Origin: Elusimicrobiota bacterium | GTDB lineage: Bacteria; Elusimicrobiota; Endomicrobiia; Endomicrobiales; JBDRNC01 | Direction of reading: 5' to 3' | NCBI GenBank assembly: GCA_043811535.1 | Contig: JBDRNC010000021.1 | Coordinates: 64,001 to 128,000 of the forward strand | Length of the DNA stretch: 64,000 nt | In this document: positions 10,471-23,600 of the stretch, in pieces | How positions within the stretch are numbered: position 1 is the stretch's first letter | How the letters are laid out: every line of letters begins with the position of its first letter | Made by a program: the position numbers and the translations under genes | The notes under the pieces: model-generated | Database searches by the model: none | Seen by the model: only the letters and a program-made list of their open reading frames with translations | What the model was told of the DNA's origin: nothing

Positions 10471-10532
10471 CGTAATGCAGTCAGTTTAAGTGCATTTCAT
10501 ACATAAAATCCAGTCAAAAAGGGGTCCCGCCG

Positions 10533-11600
10533 GTGTTCAAGGCAAGGGAAAGAAGCATCATCAGAACCTTCTGGAATTTTTTTACCGCACTTATTTTAAC
10601 TTCATCCATTACGATTGCTTCCGCCAGCGCCGCGGGGACGACTTCGGCTAATTTCCTCAAAATAGCCCCCGGAGCAAGGCCGGCAGCATTCGGCGAAGCA
10701 TATACCTCAATAGCCAACGACGCATCCGCGGTCTACTGGAACTCGGCCGGGCTGGCAAACCTGAAGCAGAAAGAGTTCATACTCTCGCATAACGTCTGGT
10801 TCCAGGACATACAGCACTCCTTCGTGGCCTTCGCGGTCCCTTTTACATCCTCTCTCAGCAGATACCCGTCAAATAAATGCATTGGAATATCAGCTACTTA
10901 TTTAAACGCCGGCGATATGGAAAGGCGCGACGCGACTGGCTCGCTCAGCGGTGATTCCTTTACGGCCAGCGACCTCTCTATTTCATGCGCATACGGCAGG
11001 AACCTGAAACAGGCGATAGGGTATCCTCTTTCGGCCGGTATAGCGATTAAATTCATCAAGCAAAGCATAGCGGAATACTCTGCAAATTCAGTGGCTTTTG
11101 ATGCCGGACTGATGTATCCTTTCAAAGCAGTCGGCATGCCGTTCAACTTCGGCCTGGCAGTCCTTAACGTAGGAACCCCCATAACATTCATACGCGAATC
11201 ATACCCCCTGCCCCTTACCTATAAAGCAGGGATTTCTTTTGCCCCGCTGGCAAAGTCGCTGGCGCTTCCGATGCTTGTCTCATTTGACGCTTCTTTCCCT
11301 AACGACGGCGACATGAGCTGGAGAATAGGCACTGAATTTTCAGCAGGTTCCGTGCTTCAGCTCAGAGCCGGATACATGAACCAGGACACGCTTACTAGAA
11401 GCGCCTTGACCGGCGGAAAGATCGGCCTTACGGACAACTCGGCGGTCACGCGGCTCACCGGCCTCATGGCGGGTTTCGGCATCAACATCCCGATGAACCG
11501 TTTCTCCGGACCGGGCAGTATGCTGAACCTTGATTACGCGTTCGTTCCATATGGCGAACTTGGAAATACTCATAGAATCAGCATGGGAGTAAAGTGGTAA
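10533..11600 (+). CDS. PorV/PorQ-family (UPF0164-like) outer-membrane beta-barrel
   Basis: Signal peptide, AGTTSANFLKIAPGARPAAFGEAYTSIANDASAVYWNSAGLA, C-terminal DYAFVPYGELGNTHRISMGVKW. Confidence 0.85.
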   Translation: MFKARERSIIRTFWNFFTALILTSSITIASASAAGTTSANFLKIAPGARPAAFGEAYTSIANDASAVYWNSAGLANLKQKEFILSHNVWFQDIQHSFVAFAVPFTSSLSRYPSNKCIGISATYLNAGDMERRDATGSLSGDSFTASDLSISCAYGRNLKQAIGYPLSAGIAIKFIKQSIAEYSANSVAFDAGLMYPFKAVGMPFNFGLAVLNVGTPITFIRESYPLPLTYKAGISFAPLAKSLALPMLVSFDASFPNDGDMSWRIGTEFSAGSVLQLRAGYMNQDTLTRSALTGGKIGLTDNSAVTRLTGLMAGFGINIPMNRFSGPGSMLNLDYAFVPYGELGNTHRISMGVKW

Positions 11601-11603
11601 ATT

Positions 11604-14600
11604 ATGAGTAGATACAAAATAATTATCTGCGCACTATTAATTTCCGGTCTTTACGGCTTGAATCTTTCACCAGTTCATGCCGATTTTCAACCGGTTTGGA
11701 CGAGTACATATATACCTACCGGTACGGGTACACTTGGAGCTGCAGGGTGGGGTGTTGCCGTAAGCTCGAATACAGGCGACATTTTTATGGTAGGTTACTC
11801 AAGCCAAAATGTCATGGGAAACAGTTGGTTGCTTAGAAAATACAGCAAGGACGGAACACTCCTTGCAACAACCGATTATATGTTTGTTACTAATACTACA
11901 GGTGTTGACATTGCACAAAAAGTTGTTATAAGCGGGAACAATATCTATGTTGCCGGCGTTTACACAGGTGACGGAATGGATATAGCGCTTTGTAAATTTG
12001 ATTTTTCGTTAAATATCATTGCAACAACAACGATATCAACTGCTAGCGATGAAGGACAATACGGACTTTCCCTTGCTGGAGATAATGCAGGCAATATTTA
12101 TTTAGCCGCGGAGATATTAAACGATATAGGAGGGGGGGATTCGTTTGGGGCACGCGGGACGGTGAGAAAATATGATGCTAACCTGAACTGTATATGGGTG
12201 GATACGTGGTCAGCTATAGGTGATTCTTCAAACGCGAAAGGTATAGCCGCAAACTCAAGTGAAGTCTATGCGTGCGGGCAAGACTGGCAGGGTTCTCCGT
12301 GGTATGATGGAGTACTTCATAAATACGATAATTCCGGGTCATTGTTATGGGTTTCAACCTTCGGCGTTAATGGAGCAGAGGACGAGTTTCAAGATGTTAT
12401 TATTGATTCGTATGGCGACGTTTATGTCACCGGTTTTACGGAACAATTTGGCACAAAAGATGTCGTTTTGAGAAAATATAATGCATCCGGCACTCTCTTG
12501 TGGGGAACAACTTATAATAGTCCTGCAAATTTATCTGATCAGGGTACTGGAATAGCATTAGATAATAATGGAAATATTGTGGTTGTAGGCGCTTCGAACC
12601 GTTCCGATATAGGCCAGGACATAAATATATTGTTGATGCATTACACGACCGGCGGTCTTTTGTTAAATGTAACGGACTATGATTATTCAGGTTCCAATTA
12701 CGATCATTCATATGATGTGGCTTTTTCAAGCGACGGCTATTTATATGTGGCTGCTTTTGTAGGTTATGATGGGGCATCTTCAAGGATGTGGCTCAGAAAA
12801 TATTCGATTATTGGAAATTCTCCTCCGCCCGGGAAAGTGACAGGATTGACCGCCGTAAGGTCTTCGCAGGTGTATCTAACCTGGACCTCTCCCGGAGAGG
12901 ACGGTTACACCGGAAATATATCGAACGGAATGTGGCGGATAGCATGCACTTCCGATGTGGCAAAGAACGCTGACACGGCGGAGTATTATGTGGCCTGGTC
13001 TACGAACGCCAATCAGGGCACGGTTCACTCCCGCACCGTTACCGGGCTTGTTCCGCGGGTTACGTATTATTTCTGGATACAGGCGATGGATGACAGCAAT
13101 AACTGGTCGGTATGGTCGGATTCGGCGGCAATGGTCTCGGGAAGCTACGTTTTCTATCAGTCGCCCGGTGGCGCCGACGGCTGGGGTCCCGGGGATTACG
13201 GCGGCATAGCATGGGGCGACTTTGACAATGACAATGACCTGGATATCGCGGTCAACGGGCACGACGGCTCCAACAACAGATTCAGGATTTTCAGGAACGA
13301 CAGCGGCAACTTCAATCTTCACGCGGATCCAGCGGGAACGCCGGCGCCGGCCATGGGCGACGTCGCGTGGGCGGATTTCGATAACGACGGCGACCTGGAC
13401 ATAGCGGTGTGCGGCAATGACGGCGCTTCAAACAGGTTCCGCGTATACAGGAATGACAGCGGTACGTTCAATTTGATGCAGGAACCCGCCGGGGTAACCG
13501 GGCCGGGCGGCTGGGGTAATCTGGCAACCGGCGACTTTGACAATGACGGATATATAGATATCGCCGTAATCGGGCAGGATGGCGCAGCCAACAGGTTCCG
13601 CGTATACAGGAATGAGAAGAGCTCTTTCACGCTGTATGCAGAGCCCGCCGGAGCGGTCGGCCCTTCGGACGGAGGCGTTGCATTCGGCGACTATGACAAC
13701 GACGGCGACCTGGACCTTGTTGTCACGGGTTCGGGCGGATTCGAGGTATATAAAAATAATAACGGCTCGTTCGTAGTCGGGCAGGATCTCGGAGGATTAA
13801 CCGGCGGAGACGCGGCGTGGGGCGATTTTGACAACGACGGCGACCTGGACCTTGCCGTGTGCGGAAATGACGGGAACAGAAGGTTCAGTATATATAGGTA
13901 TGACGGCGGTTTATTCTATCTCCATGCAGATCCCGCGGGCCCCACAACTGGGCCCGTCGGAAGCGTTGCGTGGGCGGATTATGACAATGACGGCGACCTG
14001 GACGTCGCCGTGAACGGGTTCGACGGAACGGCGCAGAGGTTCAGGATATACAGGAACGACTCGGGCGCTTTCAATCTTGCAGATGAACCGATGGGGCCGG
14101 TAGGGCCGGGTTACGGGGCGATCGCGTTCGCGGATTTTGACGGCGACGGAGATTTGGACGTGGCTGTAAACGGACAGATTGCGGCGAACCTGCGCAGGTT
14201 CATAATATACAAGTCGCTTGAAACTGAAAACAGCAATGTCAATAATCCTCCGGTTGAGCCTCCCGCGGCAAGCATGTCCGCGGGTTATAATGCGGGCAGG
14301 ATTGAGTTTACGTGGAGTTACGGATCGGACACGGAAACGACCGAAAGCAAAGGGCTGTATTATTCGGTCCGGATAGCGACATCGCAGATAATCGAAGGCC
14401 TCGACAAATGGATTGTTTCGCCTTCCACCGGAGCGGGCGCGTCGCCTTTCCTCGGAGACTATCCTCACGGATTTATCGTGGCCAACTCCACGCAGCCCGG
14501 ACTTATCCTTAAGCCCCCGGTTGACGACGCCACGTATTACTGGCAGGTAAGAACGGTTGATACGGGCCTTAAGTCAAGCGTGTGGTCGGCGACCTCAAGC

Positions 14601-17600
14601 TATTATTATATTAATTCCGAGCCGCCGGCGGCAGTCACTAATTTGAAAGCGTTTGCGGGCGGTATAGAAGGCACGGTGAAGCTCGAATGGTCCATGCCCG
14701 GCGACGATGAGTGGACAGACGCTCTTCCGTCCGGCTCAAAATTCAAGGTGCAGTATTCAACTTCTTCGAACGGTTTTCCTCCAAATCCATGGAACTTTAA
14801 CGCCGCGCAGGTAGCAGTTTCCACTTCAGGCGTCCAGCCGACAACCCTGGTAAATTATACAATTACGGGGCTTACAGGCGGCGGTACATACTACTTTAAG
14901 ATTTGGCACGCCGATGAGATCCCGAACTGGTCAGAGCTTTCAAACACGGCCACCGGATACGCGAAGGATAACGCGGGGGTGATAGTTTCAACCGGTTCGG
15001 TTGATTTCGGGAACGGCAATGGGATCAATGGCAGGAATATCGTAAGGACTTCCAACGGAGACCTCTATCACGCGTATATTAGGAAATACGCCACAAAGCC
15101 GAGAATATTTGTGTCCCGTTCCATCGATAACGGCTTGACCTGGTCCGACGCAACAGTTACTCCAATAGATTACCAGGGAGGATCGGGCGGCACTAACATT
15201 ACGGAATCAGCGCTAGCCGTGGACAGCAAAGATGTCCTACATCTCGCGTATTGTTCCAGCGACAACGGCACGCCGGCAAATGAAGGAGTGTTCTATTCTT
15301 CCGCGTCCGCGCCGCCGGGCACGAGTTGGACAACTGCCGTAAAAATGCCCGGTTCATATCCGTACAATGGCTATGAGCACGGCCCTAATATAGCGGTGGC
15401 ATCGGATAACAGCCTGCACATGGTATGGTATGGAGAAGACGGGGCAGGGAACACAAATGACGTAATAAGGTATTCGTCAAAAACAGCGGATAGTAATTCA
15501 TGGAACAATTATCAGTTATTGCCGGGCGGCGGACTTGTCGGCATATTCCAGCCGAAGCTGGCTATTGATAACCGCAACGGCCTGCATGTGGTAATGACAA
15601 GGGAAAATGCGGCGGGAACACAGCTGCACTACCGCATCGCCTACACATCAAAAACATTGACGGATTCCGCGTGGGTGCCCCTATATGATATCGTTGACTT
15701 CACCGGTTCAGGCAGATTCCAGGGGACCCCGGCAATAGTGGTGGATTCCACTACTATTCATGTGGTATGGACCGGCCAGGATGACGAGAACACAGTCAAC
15801 TATCAGATAAAGTATTCGTCTAAATCTATCACCGGCTCATCGTGGTCTGACTGGGTAAACATCCAGACGATTAGCGAGGCGCCGCAGTATGAACCGGCCA
15901 TCACGGCGGATGCGGGCGGTCAAATATACGTCGTGTGGTCCGGGAGCGATTCCGCGAATAATATCATGAATATTAAAGGCTCCAAATACAGCGCCGGCGC
16001 GTGGGGCAGCTGGACGAATATCAGCAACGGCGGCGGCAATCAAACCCGCCCGACATTACGCTGGTCCGGCTGGTTCAATAACGAAGGCAACCTCAATTTG
16101 GGCTGGGTTTCAAAGGTAGGATCGGATTATCAGATACGCTCATATACCGATTATACAGTCAACATGAGCACCGGTTTCCTCGCGGATAAAATTGGGCCGG
16201 CGATAGTTACCAACCTGACCGCCCAAGCTGGCACCGTTGAAGGCCGGATACAGTTAACGTGGTCCATGCCCGGCGACGATGGATGGTCAGGCGCTCTTCC
16301 GCCCGGTTCAAATTTCAGCATTCAATATTCTTCTTCATCTGACGGCAACCCTCCCAGCCCCTGGTCTTTCTCCATGCCGCAGATATCAATGTCCACCTCA
16401 GGCGTCCAGCCCGGTACCTTGGTCAATTACGCCATTACCGGCCTTACCGGCGGCAGCACTTATTATTTCAAAATCTGGGTCAACGACGCCAACGCCAACT
16501 GGCAGGGAGGCCTTTCCAATACGGCCACGGGCTGGGCCATGGATAACGCGGGAGTAATTGTCTCTACCGGTGAGATGGTATTCACGGGAGACAGGCCCAT
16601 CGTCAGGGCATCAAACGGGGATATGTATGTCGCATACACAAAGACGGTCAGCGGATACGAGCACGTTTTCGTCGCCAAATCTTTTGACGACGGAAAAACC
16701 TGGTCGGACACTAACGGCGGAATTTCCATAGAGAATACCGGCAGCTATGGCCAAAGCAGTCCGTCGCTCGCAATAGATTCAAAAGATGTGATCCACTGCG
16801 CGTGGTCCGGATATGACGGGTCTTATGTCGCCAACTCCCAGGTAAAATACTGCAATTCCGGAAACGGCGGCACTTCATGGTCAGGTTGGATCAACCTCTC
16901 AGATTACATCTCGTACGGGCAAGGCGCTCCGTCGCTTGTCATCGATTCCAAGGATGAGTTGCATTGCCTTTGGGACGGCGGCGATCCTTCATATGCCAAT
17001 AGCCAGATCAAATATAGTTCATCTACTACAGGCGCCTCGTGGAGTATCCCCGCGAATATCCAGGTATTGTCGGGACGCACCCAGGTAAACGCCAGCGCGG
17101 CCGTTGACGCCAAGAACAACATCCACGTTTTCTGGGAAGGCTTTGACGACACGTATACCGCAAACAAGCAGATTAAGTATTCCATACGGCTGTCGACAAG
17201 CGCGTCATGGTCTACTTGGGTTAATATCGCCGTTGACGTCGGCGGCCAGGAGATGTTCCCGAGTTCCGTCATTGATTCAAGCCAGGTTGCGCATTGCGTC
17301 TGGCAGGATTATACGTCCGGCGTGAACCAGGTCAAATACAGTTCTTCAACTATAGGAAGCGGGGTATGGACAACGGCGCAGAATGTGCAGTATATCGCGA
17401 CAATTCATCAATATAACCCTACGATAACCGTGGACTCGGCGGACGAACTTTACTGCCTATGGCTGGGAAGCGATACTGCCAGCTCGATCCGGCAGATAAA
17501 AGGCTCAAAAAATCTAGGGGCCGGATGGACTTCTTGGGCCAACATAAGCAATGGATGTTATGACCAGATAGGCCCTGCGGCGCGCTGGTCGGGATGGAAA

Positions 17601-20600
17601 TTGAATGAGGGATATCTGAATTTTGTTTGGGTGAGCCCGGGCCCGGTTGACAGCGACCACGGGAGCATCAGATTCTACACGGATTATTCAGTAAACATGA
17701 GCACGGGCTTCATCGCGGACAAAACCGGGCCGGCGATAGTTACGAACCTGACAGCGTCCGGGGGTTATAAAGAGAACTCGATAATGCTTACCTGGTCGGC
17801 TCCCGGCGATGACGGATGGGCAGGCGCTCTTCAGCCGGGATCGAATTTCAGCATTCAGTATTCTTCTTCATCGGACGGAAATCCTCCCAGCCCCTGGAGT
17901 TTCGCCGTTCCGCAGATAATGATGTCGACTTCGGGTGTCCAGCCCGGCACCCTGGTCAATCATGTCATTACCGGTCTTACCGGCGGAAACACTTATTACT
18001 TCAAGATCTGGGTCAACGACGAAGAAAGCAACTGGCAGGGAGGCCTTTCCAATACAGCGACCGGTTATGCGCAGACAAACGCGGGTGTGATTGTTTCAAC
18101 GGAAACATCAAGCGTCGGAATGGTCGGTTTCGGGAGAAAGATCGTACGGGATAATTCGGGTAATATGTATTTCGCGTATACCCGGACGATTAGCTCGTTT
18201 GAACGCGTTTACGTCGCTAAATCAGTAGATGAAGGGGCGACATGGACAAATACGAACGGGGGGCAACCGATAGAGAGTGTGGGCCCGGGTAATTACAGCC
18301 AGAGCTATCCTTCACTGGCAATTGATTCAAATAATATTCTGCACTGCATATGGGGCGGCAGGGACAGCGTAAATAGCTTTGACCAGATTAAATATTCCAG
18401 TTCCACTAATGCCGGTTCTACATGGGGCGCTTGGCAGAATATCCAGGTGATAACAGGATACACTCAATATATGGCCTCGCTTTTCGTTGATTCCCATAAC
18501 GGACTGCATTGCGTTTGGACCGGCATGGACAATGTCAATACCGCAAAATATCAGATTAAATACAGTTCACGCGCGACCGGCGGCAGTTGGTCGGACTGGG
18601 TCAATGTAGGTGTTGTTGCCGGCTATGACCAGAGTGATGCCTCGCTGGTGGTTGATTCCCACAACAACCTGCATTGCGTATGGGATGGATGGGATAGCGT
18701 AAACACCGCGAACTGGCAGGTCAAGTACAGTTCCCGCTCGGCGGACGGTTCAACATGGTCAGACTGGTCAAATATTACGGCAATCGCCGGATTCAGCCAA
18801 TGGAAGCCGTCCCTTGCGATTGATTCGCAGGACATCCTGCATTGCGTATGGAATGGAACGGACGCCGGAAACGCGCAATATCAGATCAAGTACAGTTCTG
18901 TCAGTGCCGGGGAAAGCCAGTGGAGCTCTTGGACCAATATCCAAACAATTTCAGGACGCAATCAATACAACCCTTCTATAGCTGTTGACGCCAACGATAA
19001 CCTGCACTGCGTATGGAATGGATATGACTCGGCGAACACTAATATTTTTCAGATAAAGTATTCAAGCCGCAGCAGTACAGGCTGGAGCCAGTGGGCCAAC
19101 CTGTCGCGGGGGCTGGTCGACCAGCAAAACGCAAGCCTTCGCTGGAGCAATTATTTCAATAATACAGGCAAGCTTGGCATCGGATGGGTTGATTATAACG
19201 GCACAACCCGCAAAGTCAGGTATCTACAGGATAATAATACCGACATGAGAACGGGCGCCGATGCCACGCCGCCGGATCCTGTCAATACACTGGCGGCAAT
19301 TACCGGCCAGTTTAAAGGAATGGTAAATCTTTCATGGACCTCTCCGGGCGACGACGGCATCACAGGTATCCTCCAGCCGGGTTCGCGGTTCAGCGTGCAG
19401 TATTCCACCTCTCCCGCCGGAACACCCCCGGGGTCATGGGACCATTCCTTCGCGCAGGTGGTTGTTTCAACTTCGGGTAATCCTGTTATGCCGGCATCGC
19501 GTATCGTCACCGGGCTGACAAATGGGTCAACGTACTATTTCAAGATATGGTACGGCGATGAGACCCCGAACTGGTCGGGACTTTCCAATACGGCCACATC
19601 GTGGGCGCAGGTTGACAACGTAGGGCCCGCCATCGTGACAACTCTAAGCGCGGAGCAGGGTGATTGGGTTGGTTCGGTGCGTCTGGTATGGGAAGCGCCC
19701 GGCGACGACGGCTGGGCAGGAACGCTTGTTTCCGGCAGCGAGTTTATTATCGAATATTCGACAAGTCCGAATAATTGGGGCAATCCCGCTCAGGTGATTG
19801 TTTCAACTTCAGGAATTGATCCGCATTCCATATGCAGCGAAAGGGTGGGCGGCCTTGATCCGGGCGTGACGTATTATTTCTGTATTGATGTTAAAGACGA
19901 AATCGGCATATATTCCGGCCTGTCAAGCACCATTACCGCGTGGGCGGCTGTTCCCGCGGAGGGCATGGATTCGCTGACTCAATACAACGGCGGAGCCGAC
20001 GGCTGGATGTCAAGGTTCAGCGGCGGCAGTTTCGGAGATGATGTTTATAATTCTGTTACTACTGATCCTTCTGGAAACGTGATCGCCGCGGGATACACGG
20101 GAATCGGAGCCAATCAGGATATATTGGTGAAGAAATTCAATTCTTCAGGAACTGTTCTCTGGACGCGGTATTACAACAGCGCAGCGAACGGCTATGACGC
20201 GGCAAACGGCGTCGCGGCCGACCCGAGTGGCAATATCATAGTCGCTGGATACACGCAGAGGACTGACCTGGCCGAGGGCTACAATATCTGGGTGAGGAAA
20301 TACGACAGCAACGGCACTGTGCTCTGGACGGATACGTATAACAGTCCTGCCGATGACTATGACAGCGCGCAAAGCGTTTCGGTAGATGTCGGGGACATTA
20401 TATATGTAGTAGGCAGTATCAAGAGATCGGATATCAGCGAGGACGACAATATATGGCTCAGAAAATATAATCCGAACGGGAATATTGTCTGGACTTCAAC
20501 TTACGCAAGCGTTGGCAACTATAGCGATATCGGGAAAAGTGTGTATGTAAAGGGCGGCAATGTCTATGTAGCCGGGGAAGTGTACAACATTGCGACCGGT

Positions 20601-23600
20601 TATGATATCTTCGCGGCAAGATTTAACGATGCCAACGGCCTTCTGCAGATGGCTACGACTTTCACGGGCGCGGGTAGTTTCGCCGATTACGGCAACGGGA
20701 TAACCGCGGATTCATTGGGAAATTTCTTTGTGGCGGGGAGCTATTATGATTCTGTCAACAGCAAACAGGTCGGATGGGTGAGCGAATTTAATTCCGCGGG
20801 TGTCCTGGTAGCTACTAAGACTTACGCGGGCGGTGCGAACACTAATTCGGCTCAATCGGTCGCTTTAGACGGTAACGGCGCTTTGTATTTTACGGGATAC
20901 GAAGAGGTCTCCGATCCTGATTACAGGATATGGACGATGAAACTCGGCGTTAACGGATTGACGAACTGGACAACGTACTACCAAAGCATAAGCGACATGA
21001 ACTCAGGGAACAGCGTGACCGTGGTCAGCTCGAGCATAGTATATGTCGCTGGAACTACATATATATCCGGGGAAAACAAAAATACGTGGCTGCGCAAATA
21101 CATACAGCATTATCCGAACGCCGTGCCGGGTGGTTACTGCTCTTCCACGCAGACAGCCACGTCAATAAGATGGGACTGGGCTGACAACGCCACGAACGAG
21201 GCCGGTTACCGCGTTAAACTATCATCACCCGTCTATGATCCTATTAACCTGAGTCACTCCGGGGATCTCGCGATAGACGCCACGTACTGGATGCAGACGG
21301 GCCTTATTCCCAACACATCATACACGACTTATGTTGAGGCCTTCACGTTCTGGGGTTCAACGCCGAGTTTCGCGGCCTCAACATGCACGGCCGCCAATCC
21401 GCCGCTGAATTCGCGTGTGGTTTCAAGGTCTTCCGACACCATTACGATTCAATGGGACGCGAACAATAATCCGGGTTACACGAGATGGGGTGTATGGTAT
21501 TCAACGGATAATTTTGTAGGAAGCTTACAGCCGCTGTTTATTTTCGGGAACAATTTCACCGGTTACTCGACAACGCATGATACCCTGATGCTTGAGACGA
21601 CTTACTGGTACAGGGTCGCCGCGTACAATGAAAACTCGCTCATGACCGATTATGATACGTATTTTGCCACTCAGACGATAGACAATATTCCTCCTCCAAT
21701 TATTAATGTGACAGCCAATACCGGCGCGGGCGAAGGACAGGTAGCATTAAACTGGCTCACGGGCAGCGACAACGGATTTAGTGATCCGCTTCCTCCCGGC
21801 TCGCAGTACAGGATACAGTATTCAACGGATTCCGTTTACCCGTGGAACCTGAATACCGCGCAAATCGTAATTTCAACGTACGGCATAACGCCGGCTACCC
21901 CAGTTTACTATACGGTTAAGGGCCTGAAGGGCGGCGACACCTATTACTTCAAACTCTGGACAGCAGACGAAATTCCAAACTGGACGGGCTTGAGCCAGAC
22001 CGCCACGGCCTATGCCGGCGGGGATATCCTGGTACATGTTTGGAACGGCGGCGGTCTATCGCAACAAGCCTCTGACGAGGATAACTGGGTCAACAGCTCC
22101 GCGCCGGATCCCGGCGACAGGGTGGAATTCGTCGTAGCGTACAGCGTCAAGAACTGCAATTGGGACCTGCCCATAGCGATAAGCACGATGTTCGTGCAAG
22201 CAGCGTACTCGCAAGCTGTCACGATAACCAGTTTTGTGTATGTCTCCAATTACCTTGATTTTGAGGGAGACAACACGTTCATGGTTATTGCGAGCAGCAT
22301 CGCTTTAGGCGGAGACCTCTACATTACGAAATCCAACTTGTTCGACGTCAGGACAAGCACGGTATATTTTACAGGGACATCGCCGGCCGGGTTTAAGACC
22401 ATCAACACGATGGCCCTGTACGGCCCCGCGACTTTCTGGACGCTTATTTTTAACACGCCCGAAACGGTTTACGCGAATAATAAAGAATTCAAGATTTTCG
22501 GCAATATAGATTTCGTTGACGGCACGTTTGACACTTCCGGTTCCACCGTAAACTTCTGCGGCAACCTGACGCGCACGGGCGGCAACCAGGTGCAGGCGAC
22601 AAGCGGCATTTGGATAATAGACGGCGGCGCCAACCAGTCAATGGATCCCAATAACAGTCATTTCTGGAACCTTGAAATCGACAAGGTCAGCCAGAGCACG
22701 GTGACATTTGCCGGATTAGCGTGCATCGACAACGATATTTCGATCAAAAACGGCGTGCTGGCGTGGGGATCGCAGAATGTGGAGCTTGCCGGGAACCTGA
22801 ACGTCTATTCGCCCGCTCAATTACAAGGCGGCAACGGCACGTTAAGGCCCGTAGGAAGCAAGAATACCATTATAGACATGCCGAGTTACGTGAAAATCAA
22901 ATGCCCCGTTTATATTGATAAAGACGCGTCAGGATACACTGTAAGTATCGCTTCGCCTTCCCTTGAAATAGTCGGCAGTTTAGACGTCTTTATCGGCCAT
23001 CTGGATATTACGAACAAGGCACTCAAAGTAAGAGGAATAGTCAGGAGCGGCAGCGGCATCATGAGCGTCGCGGGTTCAACCGTGATAGTTACGGGCGACA
23101 ATTATTCGCTTACGGGAACCACTCTGCCGTTCAATGTCCTTATCATAGATAATCCGGGCGCCTCTACCGGTTTGAGTTTTAACGGCGGGATTACAAATGT
23201 CTGGGACTACTTCACTATTACCCCTAATTCGTACGCCAAGATTGTTTCCGGCGCAAGTCTTATCGTAGAACACGATATAGATGTTAATGGAAAATTCGAA
23301 GTGACGCAGGGAACGGTGGGTACGCACGGGAACATCGCGGTTGATAAAGACGGCTCGATAGACATGACCAATTTAAGCCAGGGAATACTTACGGCTGAAA
23401 AAACGCTCAAGCTGAAAGAAGGATCGATTTTGAAGACCGGTTCCATGAGCGATGTGATCTGCTCAACTTCAACGGATACCTATTTCGGTTTTGAGGTTGC
23501 CGGAGGAAGCATTGATATAAGCGGTCTGTCCATATTCAACCTGAATGCATCAGGGCTTGTTATAAGCTCGTATTCGTATGTTTTGAATTTAAGTTCGGTA

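Noticed and set aside
13200..14210. DGR or CRISPR-like repeats inside the giant gene
   Set aside because: These are in-frame FG-GAP protein repeats. No reverse transcriptase or adenine-specific TR/VR pair was seen.
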